DNA from: Rebecca billardiae RCC1528
Taxonomy: Eukaryota > Protista > Haptophyta
Assembly: GCA_965240325.2 (NCBI GenBank)
Contig: OZ251240.1
Span: forward strand, 1,302,001-1,366,000
Direction of reading: 5' to 3'
Length of the DNA stretch: 64,000 bases
Shown: piece after piece, positions 52,561 to 63,910 of the stretch
Layout of the letters: the number at the start of each line of letters is the position of its first letter
Numbering within the stretch: the first letter of the stretch is position 1
Notes under the pieces: model-generated
Database searches by the model: none
What the model was told of the DNA's origin: nothing
The model's input: only the letters and a program-made list of their open reading frames with translations
Translations under genes and position numbers: made by a program

Positions 52561-53561
52561 TGCAAACCCGGGAGGTGCGTGCGGTGCGCGTCGTACGCCG
52601 CTTTGCGCTGCCCCTCCGTCGCATTGGTCACCGTCGGCGCCATGCAGGCCGGACGTGGGCCCTCGAGCGCCGAGCGATCTTTGGCCGCGAGCTCGCGAGC
52701 GCGAAGGATGATCGCCCGCTCTGGAACACCACCGATCGTAGCAAACGGATTTGCATGCGCCCGACCTTGCCAAGGACCGGGGCACGCGACAGTCCGGTGT
52801 GTGGATTCCGGTTATGGTTTTCAGAAGGCCGCGCCAAATCTTGCGTCGCGTGCGATGGCGCTTCCCGCCCGGGCCGTTCCGCACCGAGCCCGACGCGCGA
52901 CGGTGAATCGAGCGAGGCGGCCATCGTGCGCAGCGCTTGATGCTATGGCCGGTGCGAGCGTTCGACGTGCACGTCGGGCGAGGATCGCCCCAGGTCGCAC
53001 GATCGTGTCGACGCGCCGAGCGTACCGCTCCAAACGCGTCGATTTAGCGCCCGTTCGACCTGCACGCGAGACGACGAGGGCAGCAATCGCGAATCGGGCG
53101 AAAACACCGTTCGGGAATCCCCGCGCGATGTCCGCGCCGGCGTTGGATTCGGCGCGCGCGGCCCACGCGCTCCGCGCCAGGCGCCATATGGTTTTCGGCC
53201 GAGCGTCCCCAGTGGGAGCTGCGAGGGCGCCCGGTAGTGAGCGAAGCGACCCGGCAGTGAGCGAGGCGATTTTCTTTTCTTTGCGAGGCGATTTTCTTTT
53301 TTCCCTTTTTTTTTCTTATCTTTTTCCCGGGCACTACAAGGGGCGGACCTACGGCCCGCCATTACCCTTACTTTATAACGTACGGGCTCCGGGTGATCAG
53401 ACTGGCGGCCGAAGCCTCCAGCTACCGCGGCGCCCTTGCTCCAGCCCTACTGTACCCTCGCCAACCCAACCAACCACCTGCACCCTCATCTATGATTTAA
53501 CGACACAGGTAAGCCGCAAGGAGCCCACCTGCCCCACCAATACCGATCACCAGCGCGCCCA

Positions 53562-56478
53562 ATGGCCTCCGGCGTGACGATGATCATGCTTCTGCTGGCG
53601 TCGGGCGCGTCTGGCGCCACGATGGAGTCTGAAGCCCGGTACACGGACTGCGTCGCCGATCCGGCGTGCACCATCCTCGATGTGCGTAGTTGGCTGTCGC
53701 TCGCACGGTCGCGCTGACCTGCACCGGTCGCCGCCGAACTGTCGCGCGCCGTGCCTTCCTGTTTCTCGTCAATTCCACGCGGATGATTGATCTCTCACAA
53801 GCGACCATGGCGCGGCGCGGCGCGTGTGCGCAGGTGGACAGCTACGGCTTAACGGGCACGATCCCAACCGCCGTCGGTACGCTGACGGCCCTTACAGTCA
53901 TGTACGCGCACGGAGTGGCGCGCGTGCAGCCAGTCAGCCAGTCAGCACTCACTCAGCATGCAGCAGCGGCACGCGCCGTTGCTGTCGCAGCGCTCGACCG
54001 AGGCGCGCTCGATCGTCGACATTCTTGCGCCAGCCACGCGAGTGCACTGCGCGGCGCACGCCTTGCCGAGCCTGACCGCCCGCCCACGTGCACTGCGTTC
54101 GCACCGCACTCGCTGAGCAGGCAACTGAGCGACAACGCGTTCTCAGGCACCCTCCCCACGGAGATTTGTCGCATCACGACTATGGCGTTTACAATGTGTG
54201 TGCGCAGCCAGCCAGGGCCAGGCAGCAGATGTGCTGTGGCGCGACATGAGCTGCTTGCGCTGGCCACGCAAGCCCACAGCGCTGCGCACGCCCTGCCGAG
54301 CCTGACTACCCGCTGGCGTGCAATGCGACATGCGTTCGTGTGCCGCCACTCGGCGCGCAGGTCTATCCGTAACAACGCGAACGGCTTGGGCCCCCTTCCA
54401 ACAGAGATCGGCCACTGGACGGGCTTGTCCGGCTTGTACGCGCGGCCAGCCAGCCCGGGGTGGTGGCGCGCCATTCTCGCCAGCCACGCGAGCGCGCAGC
54501 GCTGCGCACGCCCTGCCGAGCCTGACTGTCCGCTCGCAACCAACGGGTTTTGACGCATGCCACTCGCCGATGCGCAGGTCTCTGCAGGGTACTCCATTCC
54601 CGGGCACCATTCCAACGGAGATCGGCCAGATGGCTGCTATGAATAACATGTACGCGCGCGGCCAGGGCCCAGGGCCAGGGGTGGTGGGGCGACATTCTTG
54701 CCAGCCACGCGAGCGCCCTGCGCAGTGCGCTGCGCACGCCCTGCCGAGCCTGACCGCCCGCTCGCGTGGGCCGCATTTGCGCCGCGCTCGCTGTCTGTCC
54801 GCCAGATATGCGATGATCGACAACTCTCTCTCGGGCACCCTTCCGACCGAGATCGGCCAACTGACCAGCGTGTATCAAGTGTACGTGCGGCCAGAGCGTA
54901 GGGCGGCGAGGCAACATTCTTGCCAACCACGCGCGCGCATAGGCAGCGCGGCGCACGCCCTTGCCGAGCCTGACCGCCCGCTCGCGTGCAATGCGTTCGC
55001 ATGCCACTCGCTGCGCAGGCAACTGGCGACCAACCCGCTCACGGGCCGCATTCCAACGGAGGTCGCCACCATGTCGAATCTGCAATTCTTGTACGCGCGC
55101 GGCCAGCCAGGGCCAGGGGTGGCGCTCCCAGCGTGCCCCGGGTGATCCGACGCCGTGCAGCGCTTACTGTGCTGTGCCTGCTGCTCAGCCGCTGACGCCA
55201 TCCGCCCGCCACGCGTCCGGCGGTGCCCCCGCCCCGTCGCCGCTGATCGGTGCCAACGACACTCACTCGCAGGTATGTCTTGGACACGCAGCTGTGGATC
55301 CCTGGCGGCACGCACGGCAATTGGCGCATCAACCCGGCGACGCTCCCAGATGCACCACCGCCCGCGCCGCCACCCTCGCCACCGCCGTTGCCACCACCCT
55401 CACCGCCGCCGCCGCCGCCGCCGCCCCTGCCCCCGCCATCGCCACCCCCGCCACCACCGTCGCCGCCGCCCTCGCCACCGCCGCCCTTGCCGCCGCCGCC
55501 GCCGCCGCCCTCGCCGCCGCCCTCGCCGCCGCCGCCCACGCCGCCGCCGCCGCCACCGCCCTCGCCGCCGCCCTCGCCGCCACCCTCGCCGCCACCCTCG
55601 CCACCGCCGCCGCCACCGCCGTCGCCGCCGCCGTCACCACCGCCGCTGCCGCCACCGCCGCCGCCCTCGCCGCCACCCTCGCCGCCACCCTCGCCGCCAC
55701 CACCCTCGCCGCCACCCTCGCCGCCGCCCCCGCCGCCTCCCTCGCCGCCGCCGTCACCGCCGCCGCCGCCGCCGCCCTCTCCACCGCCGTCGCCGCCGCC
55801 GTCACCACCGCCGCCACCGCCACCACCGCCGCCCTCTCCACCGCCGTCGCCGCCGCCGTCACCACCGCCGCCACCGCCACCACCGCCGCCCTCTCCACCG
55901 CCGTCGCCGCCACCGTCACCGCCGCCGCCGCCGCCGTCGCCGCCGCCATCACCACCGCCGCCGCCGCCGTCGCCGCCTCCACTGGAGATGTGCAGGGCCT
56001 TGTGCTTCTACGCGGTGCTCGCGCCGCGCCTGGCGGGGTGGGCGAGAGAGCGTCCACCGCGCCGTGCGCGTGCCAGCGCCTGCTTCGGCGCGCCGCGCCG
56101 CCGCGGCTCTGCGCGCACTGCTGAGCCCTGCTGCCGCCCACACCGCGCTGCCGGCCCCGCGCGCGGCGTGCGCAGATCGTCGCATCCGCCGCAAGGACCA
56201 TGGTCAAGACCCGCATGCACGGCCGCGCCCTCGCCGCGCCGTGGGACGGCGACCTGCAAGACGGCCCCGAGCTCGCGGCCGGCACGCCGTCGTCGTCCTG
56301 GCTGAGCGGCCCCGCCGCGTCGTCGGCCGAGCAGCTCATCACACCGGCACTCCCGGCGGCCATGGGCATGGCTGCGGGCGTGCTCGCGCTCGTGGTGGTG
56401 CTCTCGGCGGCGGCTGGGGCGCTGGTCGTGACGACGCGCGCCGCTCGCCGTCGCCGCGCGGGCAGCAGTCAGGCTTAG
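53562..56478 (+). CDS. Type I membrane LRR / extensin-like receptor-like protein (533 aa)
   Basis: Exons 53562-53681, 53834-53901, 54121-54195, 54361-54435, 54578-54649, 54806-54880, 55019-55090, 55273-56014 and 56176-56478 (1602 nt). Signal peptide, six plant-type LRRs (N.LSGTLPTEIG.L), ~210-aa SPPP stalk, TM (VLALVVVLSAAAGALVV), basic stop-transfer RRRR. The last donor (56015) is less certain. Confidence 0.85.
53834..55125 (+). repeat. Tandem exon+intron units (~210-290 bp) with homologous introns
   Basis: Introns share GTACGCGCGGCCAG, ACATTCTTGCCAGCCACGCG, GCGCACGCCCTGCCGAGCCTGAC and CACTCG..GCAG. Confidence 0.9.
55350..55981 (+). repeat. Coding Ser-Pro(3-8) extensin-like repeat
   Basis: Continuous PPPSPPP translation. 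Confidence 0.95.
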
Positions 56479-56522
56479 CTGCGCGCCGATGCTATTTCAT
56501 CAGGACTATGCTAGCAGTAGCG

Positions 56523-56554
56523 TACAGTTTGTAACTAAGAAGAAGAGACGCACA
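56523..56554 (+). repeat. Dispersed intergenic motif, copy 3
   Basis: tacagtttgtaactaagaagaagagacgcaca. Confidence 0.8.
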
Positions 56555-56743
56555 CAGCCCAGGCAGGCGATCGATTGACAGTACTGTACTACTGTCTTGT
56601 ACATTCGTCTACAAGTACAAACAAGGCGATGACTCATCAAGAGTAAAGAGAGTAGTATACAGTAGTAGACATATCTAACTACCCGGGTTTCGTGGCGCGG
56701 TCCGCGTCGTCGCCGAGACGCCGACGACGTGGACTGCCGCACG

Positions 56744-57312
56744 ATGGCGAGCCGGCGCAGCGCGACGCGCGCCAAGCAGACGCGCGACGACGACAGCGCG
56801 CTGCCATTCGAGCGCGCGCCGCGGCCCGAGCGCGTCGTGGGCGGCGCGGCACCGCCGCCCGCCGAGCCGCGCGCGCCGCGCGCGCGCGCGCCCGGCGGCG
56901 CCGCCGCTCGCGACGCGGACGAGGCGCGCGCGCGCAAGGCGGCGCGGCGCGAGGCGGCGCGCGCGGCCAAGGCGGCGGCCAAGGCGGCGAGCGCGGCGAT
57001 GCCGCTGTCGGAGAAGCGCGTGCACATGGCATCGATCGCGCGCGACATCGTCGCCGACCCCGAGCGCCACATCGGCCGGCTGAGCGAGCTGCACGAGATT
57101 GCAATCTCGGACGCGGACGCGGACGCGCGCGCGCTCGCGCTCGCGTCCGAGGCGGCGGTGCTGGCGGACGCGCTGCCGACGTACAAGGTGCGCGAGCTGA
57201 GCGAGCGCGAGCTCCAGGTCACCGCCTCGAAGGAGGTCACCCGCCTCCGCACCTTCGAGAAGGCGCTGCTCGACGGCTGGCGCCGCCACCTCCGCACGCT
57301 CGAGCTGTGTCT

Positions 57313-57364
<52 letters not shown>

Positions 57365-58591
57365 GGCGGCGCGTCGGCGGGGCGCGCCGAGGGCGAGGAC
57401 GGCGCGGAGGAGGAGGAGGGCGAGAACGGGTGCTCGGGCGACGACGACGCCGCCGCCCGCACCGCGCCCAACCGCCGCCGCCGCCGCCAATCCGCCAAAC
57501 CGCCGCCGCCGGTCTCGCCCAAGTGCGCGCTGCGGTGCGCGTGTGCGCTGCTTCCAAAGGGAGCGCCCTTCAACGATGGCGGCCGTCTGCTCGCGCTGGT
57601 GGTGCGCGAGCTGGACGCGCAGCCGCGCGGCGCGGACGCCGACGCGGCCGAGCGCGCGGACGCCGCGCAGGCCGCCCTCGAGGCGCTCCTCCGCGCCGAC
57701 CGCGCGGGCGAGACCTCGGCCGACGCCGCGCGCCAAATCGGCGAGTTGGTGCGGCGGCGCGGCGGCGCGGCCGTGCGCGCGGGCGCGGTGCGCTGCCTGC
57801 TCGCGCTCGACGCGCGCGCGCTCGCGGCGGGCTCGGAGGGCGGCGGCGGTGGGAGCACGCGCGACGCGCCGCACCCCGCCGCGCACGCCAAGAAGCGCAA
57901 GCGCGACTTCGGCGTGCGCCGCGACTTCGACTCTGAGGATCGGGCGGCGGGCGCGCGGCGCGACGCGCGCGCGGCGCGAGACACGTTGCGCGCCGCCTTC
58001 GTCGTCTTCGCGCGCGTGCTGAAGGGCGCGTCGGGCGGCGGCGGCGGCGGCGGCGCGGTGTGCGCGGCGCTCGACGGCGTCGCCAAGTTCGCGCACCTCG
58101 TCAACCTCGAGCTCCTCGCCGACGTCTCCGCGCGCCTCCGCTCGCTCGTCGCGTCCGCGCCGCAGCCGGCGGCGGGCGTGCGCGCGGCGCGGACCTTGCT
58201 TGCGTTGCGCGGCGCGGCCGGCACCGGCGTGCTTGCCGGGGCGGGCGCGGCGGAGGACGCGGCGGTGCACGCGCGGCTGTACGCCGCGCTGCTCGGCGCG
58301 CCGCGCGCGCTGCTCCGCGCGCACGACGCCGCCGACGCCGACTCCGACGCCGCCGACCTGTGCGTGGCGCTCGACTGCGCTGAGCACGCGTGTGCTGGCG
58401 GCGGCCGGCCGCGCGCGCCCCTCTGCGCGGCGTTCGCGCTGCGACTGACGCTGCTGGCGCTGCACACGGGGCAGGGGTGGCAGCTCGCGGCGCTCGGCGC
58501 GGCTGCGCGCGTGCTCAACGCCTCGGCGCAGGCCACAGCCGCCGCGCTCGGCCCAGACGACGCGGTGGGCGAGCCGTTTCAGCCGCTGCCA

Positions 58592-58623
<32 letters not shown>

Positions 58624-59015
58624 AGGGCGGGCGGGCGGCGGCGGCGGCGATGACGGCGGCGGCGGCGCGTGCTTCTTCGCGGCAGGCGGTGGCGGCACGG
58701 CGCTGCACCTCTCCGACTCGCCCGAGGGCTGCCACGCGCTCCACGGCGTCGCGTGGCCGCTGGCGCTGCTCGCGCGCAGCGCACACAACCCAAGCGTGCG
58801 CGCGGCCGCGGCGGCGCTCGCGCGAGCGGGCGCCCCAGAGGCGGGCGGCGCGGGCGGCGGCGGCGGCGCGGCGGCGTCGGCGCTCACGCCCGCCGCGGCG
58901 CTCGGAGGGCTCGCGAGGCAGGCGCCGGCCGAGGTACTGCGCGCGCACGCCTTTGCGCACGCCGACGGCGCGCGCCTCTGGTCCCCGCCGCCGCCGCCGC
59001 CGCCTCGGCTTTTGC

Positions 59016-59046
<31 letters not shown>

Positions 59047-59161
59047 GGCGCGCGGCGGTGGCGGCGCGCGCGGCGGCGGCGGCGCGCGCGGCGCGCGGGG
59101 CGGCGGCAGGGGCGCGCGGCCTTCGCGCGGTGGCGGCCGTGGCCGCGGCGGCCGCCGCTGA
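56744..59161 (+). CDS. NOC3: Nucleolar complex protein 3 homolog, intronless, RGG tail
   Basis: IARDIVADPERHIGRL, AVLADALPTYKVRELSE...SKEVTRLRTFEKALL (NOC3p domain); LDGVAKFAHLVNLE and AAFALRL (CBF/Mak21 region). Confidence 0.85.
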
Positions 59162-59761
59162 GTGCCGGCGCCCGAGCAGCATCGCCGCTCGTTCACCAAT
59201 GACACAGCGGAGCTGAGTCGCGTGGCCGTGGCGTCGCCGTCGCGTTCGGAATCGGATCCGCCGGCCGCGTCGTCGGATCGACATCTGCGTCGCGCGACAT
59301 CACTGTGCTCATCAGCTACCAGATCATCCGAAGGTCTACGGATATCGTACTCGTAGCCGTGTGAGTGTAGTGAAGCCGCTCATGTAGTGACTGCTGATGA
59401 TATGAGTGATTCAACGCTCGTGCCGCGTGCGTTCCGACAAGGGCCAGGGGTCGAAGTGATGAGTGATGGGCGCAGCAGGTTGCCAGACGGGTGTGCTACC
59501 TCACTGGCCAGGGCGGTGCGGTGCGGCAGAGACCAATTCTATGATTTAAAGACACAGGCACGAGGGCGCAGCTCTCCTGATTCGTCTGTAGTGGTACTGG
59601 TCGAAGCTTGCAGCAGTTGCAGACCGGATGCGCCAAAGAAAGCCTCATCGATCTTCGATTCTCGTCCGGACTTCCTGCTTGCTGTACATAGCACAAGGCG
59701 GCGGCGGAAGAATCAGCGGCACGCGGGATTTCGGTCCGCCGCTGCCAGTAGCGAGGCGCCA

Positions 59762-62700
59762 ATGGCCGGCGCGTGCGCGCTGGGCGCGCTGCTGCTCGCG
59801 CTGCACGCGCGGCGCGGGCCGCCGACGTGCGCCGACTCGCTGCACGCCGTCAGGAGCCGCTGCGTCGACCACCACGCCCGCCACCTCTGCGACCTCGACT
59901 GCCGCGCCGCGCTGGACGCCGCGCAGGAGGCGTTTTCGTGCCACGCGCAGCCGGCGGCCGCGCTCGTGAGCGCGGCGCAGCCCGGGGACGAGGGATCGCG
60001 CGGCGCGAGCGCGGCGGAGGGGACGTACTTTGACCGCCTGCAGGGCGTGTGGGCCGCGCGCGCCGACAAGTGCTCCGCCGACGCGCCCAGCCGCCGGCAC
60101 CACCGCGGCGACGAGGCGGCCGCCGCCGCGCGCGCCGCCGACGCGGCGCGCTGCTCGGCGGTGCTCGAGCCGGCGTGGTCGGCGTGCGCGTTCGCGGCGC
60201 AGGACCACACGATCTGCACGCCCGCCTGCCGCGCCGCGCTCCTCGCCGCCGACGCGCACGCCGACTGCAACGACGTTCTACTTGGTCTTTACCCATACCG
60301 CTCGCGGCTCCTCGCGGCGAACGCGCGCCGCGCGGACCTGTGCGGTGAGGACGCGCTGCGGCACGCGGCGGAGGGCGGCGGCGTGGCGGGGCGTGGCGGG
60401 GCGGCGCGCACCCACGCCGACGCCGACGACGGCGACCACGCGGAGGCGCCAGGCCTGCGCTCCGCCGCGCCCGCGCCCGCGCCGCGCGCGGCGCCGGCGC
60501 CCGCCGCCGCACCCTCGGCTCACGCCAGCACGGCCGCCGCCCAGGCCGCCCCCGCTGCCGCGCCGAGCCCCGGGCCGAGCCCGGCCGGGCGGCACCTCTC
60601 GCACCGCGAGCGGCGGCGGCGGCGGCGGCACGGGCACGACGACGACCACCCGATCACGCCGCTCGCATCGCCATCGCCGTCGGCGGCGCCCGCGCCCGCG
60701 CCCGCGCCGTCGCCGCCGCCGTCATCCTGGCTCGAGCCCGTCGTCGCCGCGCTGCCGTCGCCTGTGCCGGCCTCGCCGCGCCGGCGGCGCCACCTGGACC
60801 ACGCCCACGCCCCGCACTCCGCCCGCGCCGCGCACGCGCCGCCGCCGCCGCCGCCGCCGCAGCACCGCGGGCCAGTCAAGGCGGACCCGGAATGCTTTGA
60901 GCGCGAGGACGAGACAGACTACCGCGGCACGGTGGCGGTGACGCGCACGGGCCACGCGTGCCAGCCGTGGAGCGCGCAGGCGCCGCACGAGCACGGCTTC
61001 ACGCCGGAGGTGCGCGCGCGCTTGTGTGTGGCTGCGCGCGGCTGTGTGCATGCGGGCTCTGTGTCACAGGCCTGCGGCGGCTGTGGCAGGCCCGGAGGTT
61101 GATGGCCCGCCCCGATGGCGGCGGCCATGCTGAAGAACTCGGGAGTTGGCGGTGGTGTGCAGCGCCGGTGGCGGCCGGGCTGAGCGGTCCCGGTGGCGGC
61201 GCTGGGTGGTGCTGCCGGCCGCGCGCGCGCGCGTGTGCGCGCACCCGAGCGGCGCGGCGCGCGCGCTCACTGCCTGCCGCGCCCACCGCTGCCGCCACCA
61301 CCGCCGCCACCACCGCCGCCGCACCCGCCGCCGCTTCCGCTGCCGCGCCCAGGCGTACCCGGACGCCGGACTGGGCGAGCACAACTACTGCCGCGCGCCG
61401 AGCCCACACCTGCTGTGCGCGTGGTGCTACACGACCGTGAGGCGGCCGCGCTGGGGCTGCTGTGACGTGGGCAGGCCTGCCGGCGCCGAGGGCTGTGCGA
61501 TGATAGGCCCGCCGCGCCCGCCGCCATCCCCGTGGGCGCCGCCGCCGCCGCCGCCGTCGCCGCGCCCGCCGCCGTTCTCGCCGGACCCGCCGAGGCCGCC
61601 GCCGCCGCGCCCGCCGCCGCCGCCGAGCCCGCCGCCCTCGCCGTCGCCGCACCCGCCGCCGCCGCCGCCCTCGCCGCCTCCGGCCAGCCCGCCGCCGCCC
61701 GCGTCGCCGCCGCCGAGCCCGCACCCGAGCCCGCGCCCACCGCCGCCCTCGCCACCGCCGCCCCCATCTTTCCGGTGCGGCCCGGCACCGCCCCGCGCCC
61801 GCGGCACGCCGCGGGCCACCGCTGCGCGCGCCTCGGCAGAGGGCCCTTCCCAGAGTGCCCCGCGCCGGACCCGCGCCTCGCTCTTCGCCTCGCCGCGCCC
61901 GACCCACGCCCCGACCGCGCGCGCACGCCGCGCGTGCCCCGGCCGCGCGCGCCGCGCGCAGCGAGTGCTACACGCACCGCGACGGCAGCGACTACTTCGG
62001 CCTCAGCGCCGGGCGCACCAAGCGCGGCGGCCACGCGTGCGCCGCCTGGTCCGACGTGTCGGCCCTGCTCGCCGAGTTGGGCGCGCGCGCCGGCAAGGGC
62101 CCCGCGGAGGTTGCGTATTCCGGGCTGCGCGCCGAGCGGCACTCAGCCTGCCGCCGCGTGTCGCACGGGCCGCCGTGCGCGGCGTGTGTCACGCGCAACG
62201 GGCTGGCGGACGCGCGCGAGCACGCCGAGCACAAGCGATACAGCTCCGAGGGCCAGCGGCTGAGCGCGGCGGAGCGCTCGCTGCGCGCAGAGTGCTGCGA
62301 CATTGGCGAGCCGCAGCGGCACTGCCCGCCGCCGCCGCCGCCCGCGCCGCCGCCCGCGCCGCCCTCGCCGCCGCCGCCGCCCTCGCCGCCGCCGAGCGCG
62401 CCGCCGCCGCCGCGCTCGCCGCCGCCGCCCTCGCCCTCGCCGCCGCCGCCGCCCGCGCCGTCCGCGCCGCCCTTCCCGCCCGCGCCGCCGCCGCCGCTCG
62501 CGCCCTCGCCGCACCCGCCGCCCTCGCCGCACCCGCCGCCCTCGCCGCGCCCGCCGCCGCCCTCGCCGCGCCCGCCGCCGCCGCCCGACCCCGCCGAATG
62601 CTACTCGATGCACGATGTTTCGGACTACAGAGGGCGCGTGAGCGTTACCGTCAACGGCCACCACTGCCAGCGCTGGACGGCGCAGGCGCCGACCGCGCAC

Positions 62701-63910
62701 CCGTTCACGCCGGTCAGCCGATACGCGGCGCGCGGCCTCGGCGACCACAACTACTGCCGCCGGCCGGGCGGGCGCATCCGCTGCGCGTACTGCTACACGG
62801 TCGAGGTGCGCGCGGCGCGGCGCGCGCCGTGCGCGCTGCGCGTGGCGAGCGCGGCGGCGCGCGCGCACGGCGGGGCCAGTGGCGGCGGCGGCATGCAATG
62901 CGGCGCCTGGCGTGCGCAGCCAGCCGCCGCGGCGCGCGCGCGGCCCGGCGTGCGCGCAGCCAGCCAGCCGCCTTTGCGCAGCTCCGGCTGTCGCCCCGCC
63001 TCCCGCCGCGCACGCCTCACGCGAGTGCGCCGCCCCCGCGCGCGCGCGCGCGACCACCGCCCGTCGTCTCGCCGCGCCGCGCCGCGCCCGTCGCCGCGCC
63101 CTCGCCACCGCACACCGCACGCAGGCGACGAAGCGCGGCTGGGAGTGCTGCGACGTCGGCCAGCCGCAGCTGCGCTGCCCGCACCCGAGCCCGAGCCCGC
63201 CGCCGCCCCCGCCGTACATCAGCCCGCCGCCGTTGGCCAACAACCCGCCGCCGTTGTATTGGTCGCCGCCGCCCGGCGGCGCGGCGCGCCGACCGATCCG
63301 GAGGCCGGGCGGCGGCGGCGGCGGCTTCAGGCCCGCCGGCCCGGAGTTCCCCTCGCAGCCCGCGCCCGTCAGCGCGCCGCGGCCGCACCGCCCCGTGCAC
63401 AGCGCCGTCCCCGCGCTGCCGCCGCCGCGCCCGCCGGCCGAATGCTGGGCGCAGCACGACGGCTCCGACTACCGAGGCGCCGTCTCGCAGACGGTGAAGG
63501 GGCTGCCGTGCCTCAACTGGCTCGCGCACAACGCGACCGAGGTGGCCGAGTACCCGGACTCCGGGCTCGGCGACCACAACCACTGCCGCCGGCCGTACGG
63601 CTTCCTGTGCGCGTGGTGCCACACGCTGCCTGACAAGCACGGCCGCACGTGGGAGTGCTGCGACATCGGCCAGCCTGACCCCTACTGGTGCCGCGGCGTG
63701 CGGCTGCGCGCGGAGGGCGACGGCGGCGCCGCCGCGCCGCCGCGCCGCCGCTGGGCGCGGGCGTGCGCGGCCGGCGGCGCGGGCCTCGGCGCGCTGCTCC
63801 TGGCGGCCGGCCTCGCGGCCAGGGGGGTGCGCGGCGGCGGCGGCGGCAGCGCAGCGTGGCGCTGGGCGTGGACGAGGGCCGCGCCGCCCGCGCGACCGCT
63901 GATGCTCTGA
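59762..63910 (+). CDS. Cell-surface protein with two N-terminal Cys-rich repeats, four kringle domains, Pro-rich linkers and a C-terminal hydrophobic segment (1099 aa)
   Basis: Exons 59762-61009, 61353-61774, 61962-62805 and 63125-63910 (3300 nt). DYRGTVAVTRTGHACQPW, GLGEHNYCR, DYRGRVSVTVNGHHCQRW, GLGDHNYCR, GSDYRGAVSQTVKGLPCLNW, WECCD. Confidence 0.9.

Noticed and set aside
53834-55125. CRISPR-like repeat-spacer reading of the LRR locus
   Set aside because: The 'spacers' are homologous LRR exons and the 'repeats' are GT-AG introns.
59387-59761. Upstream in-frame extension of the kringle ORF
   Set aside because: The signal peptide begins at ATG 59762; the upstream part has non-coding-like composition.
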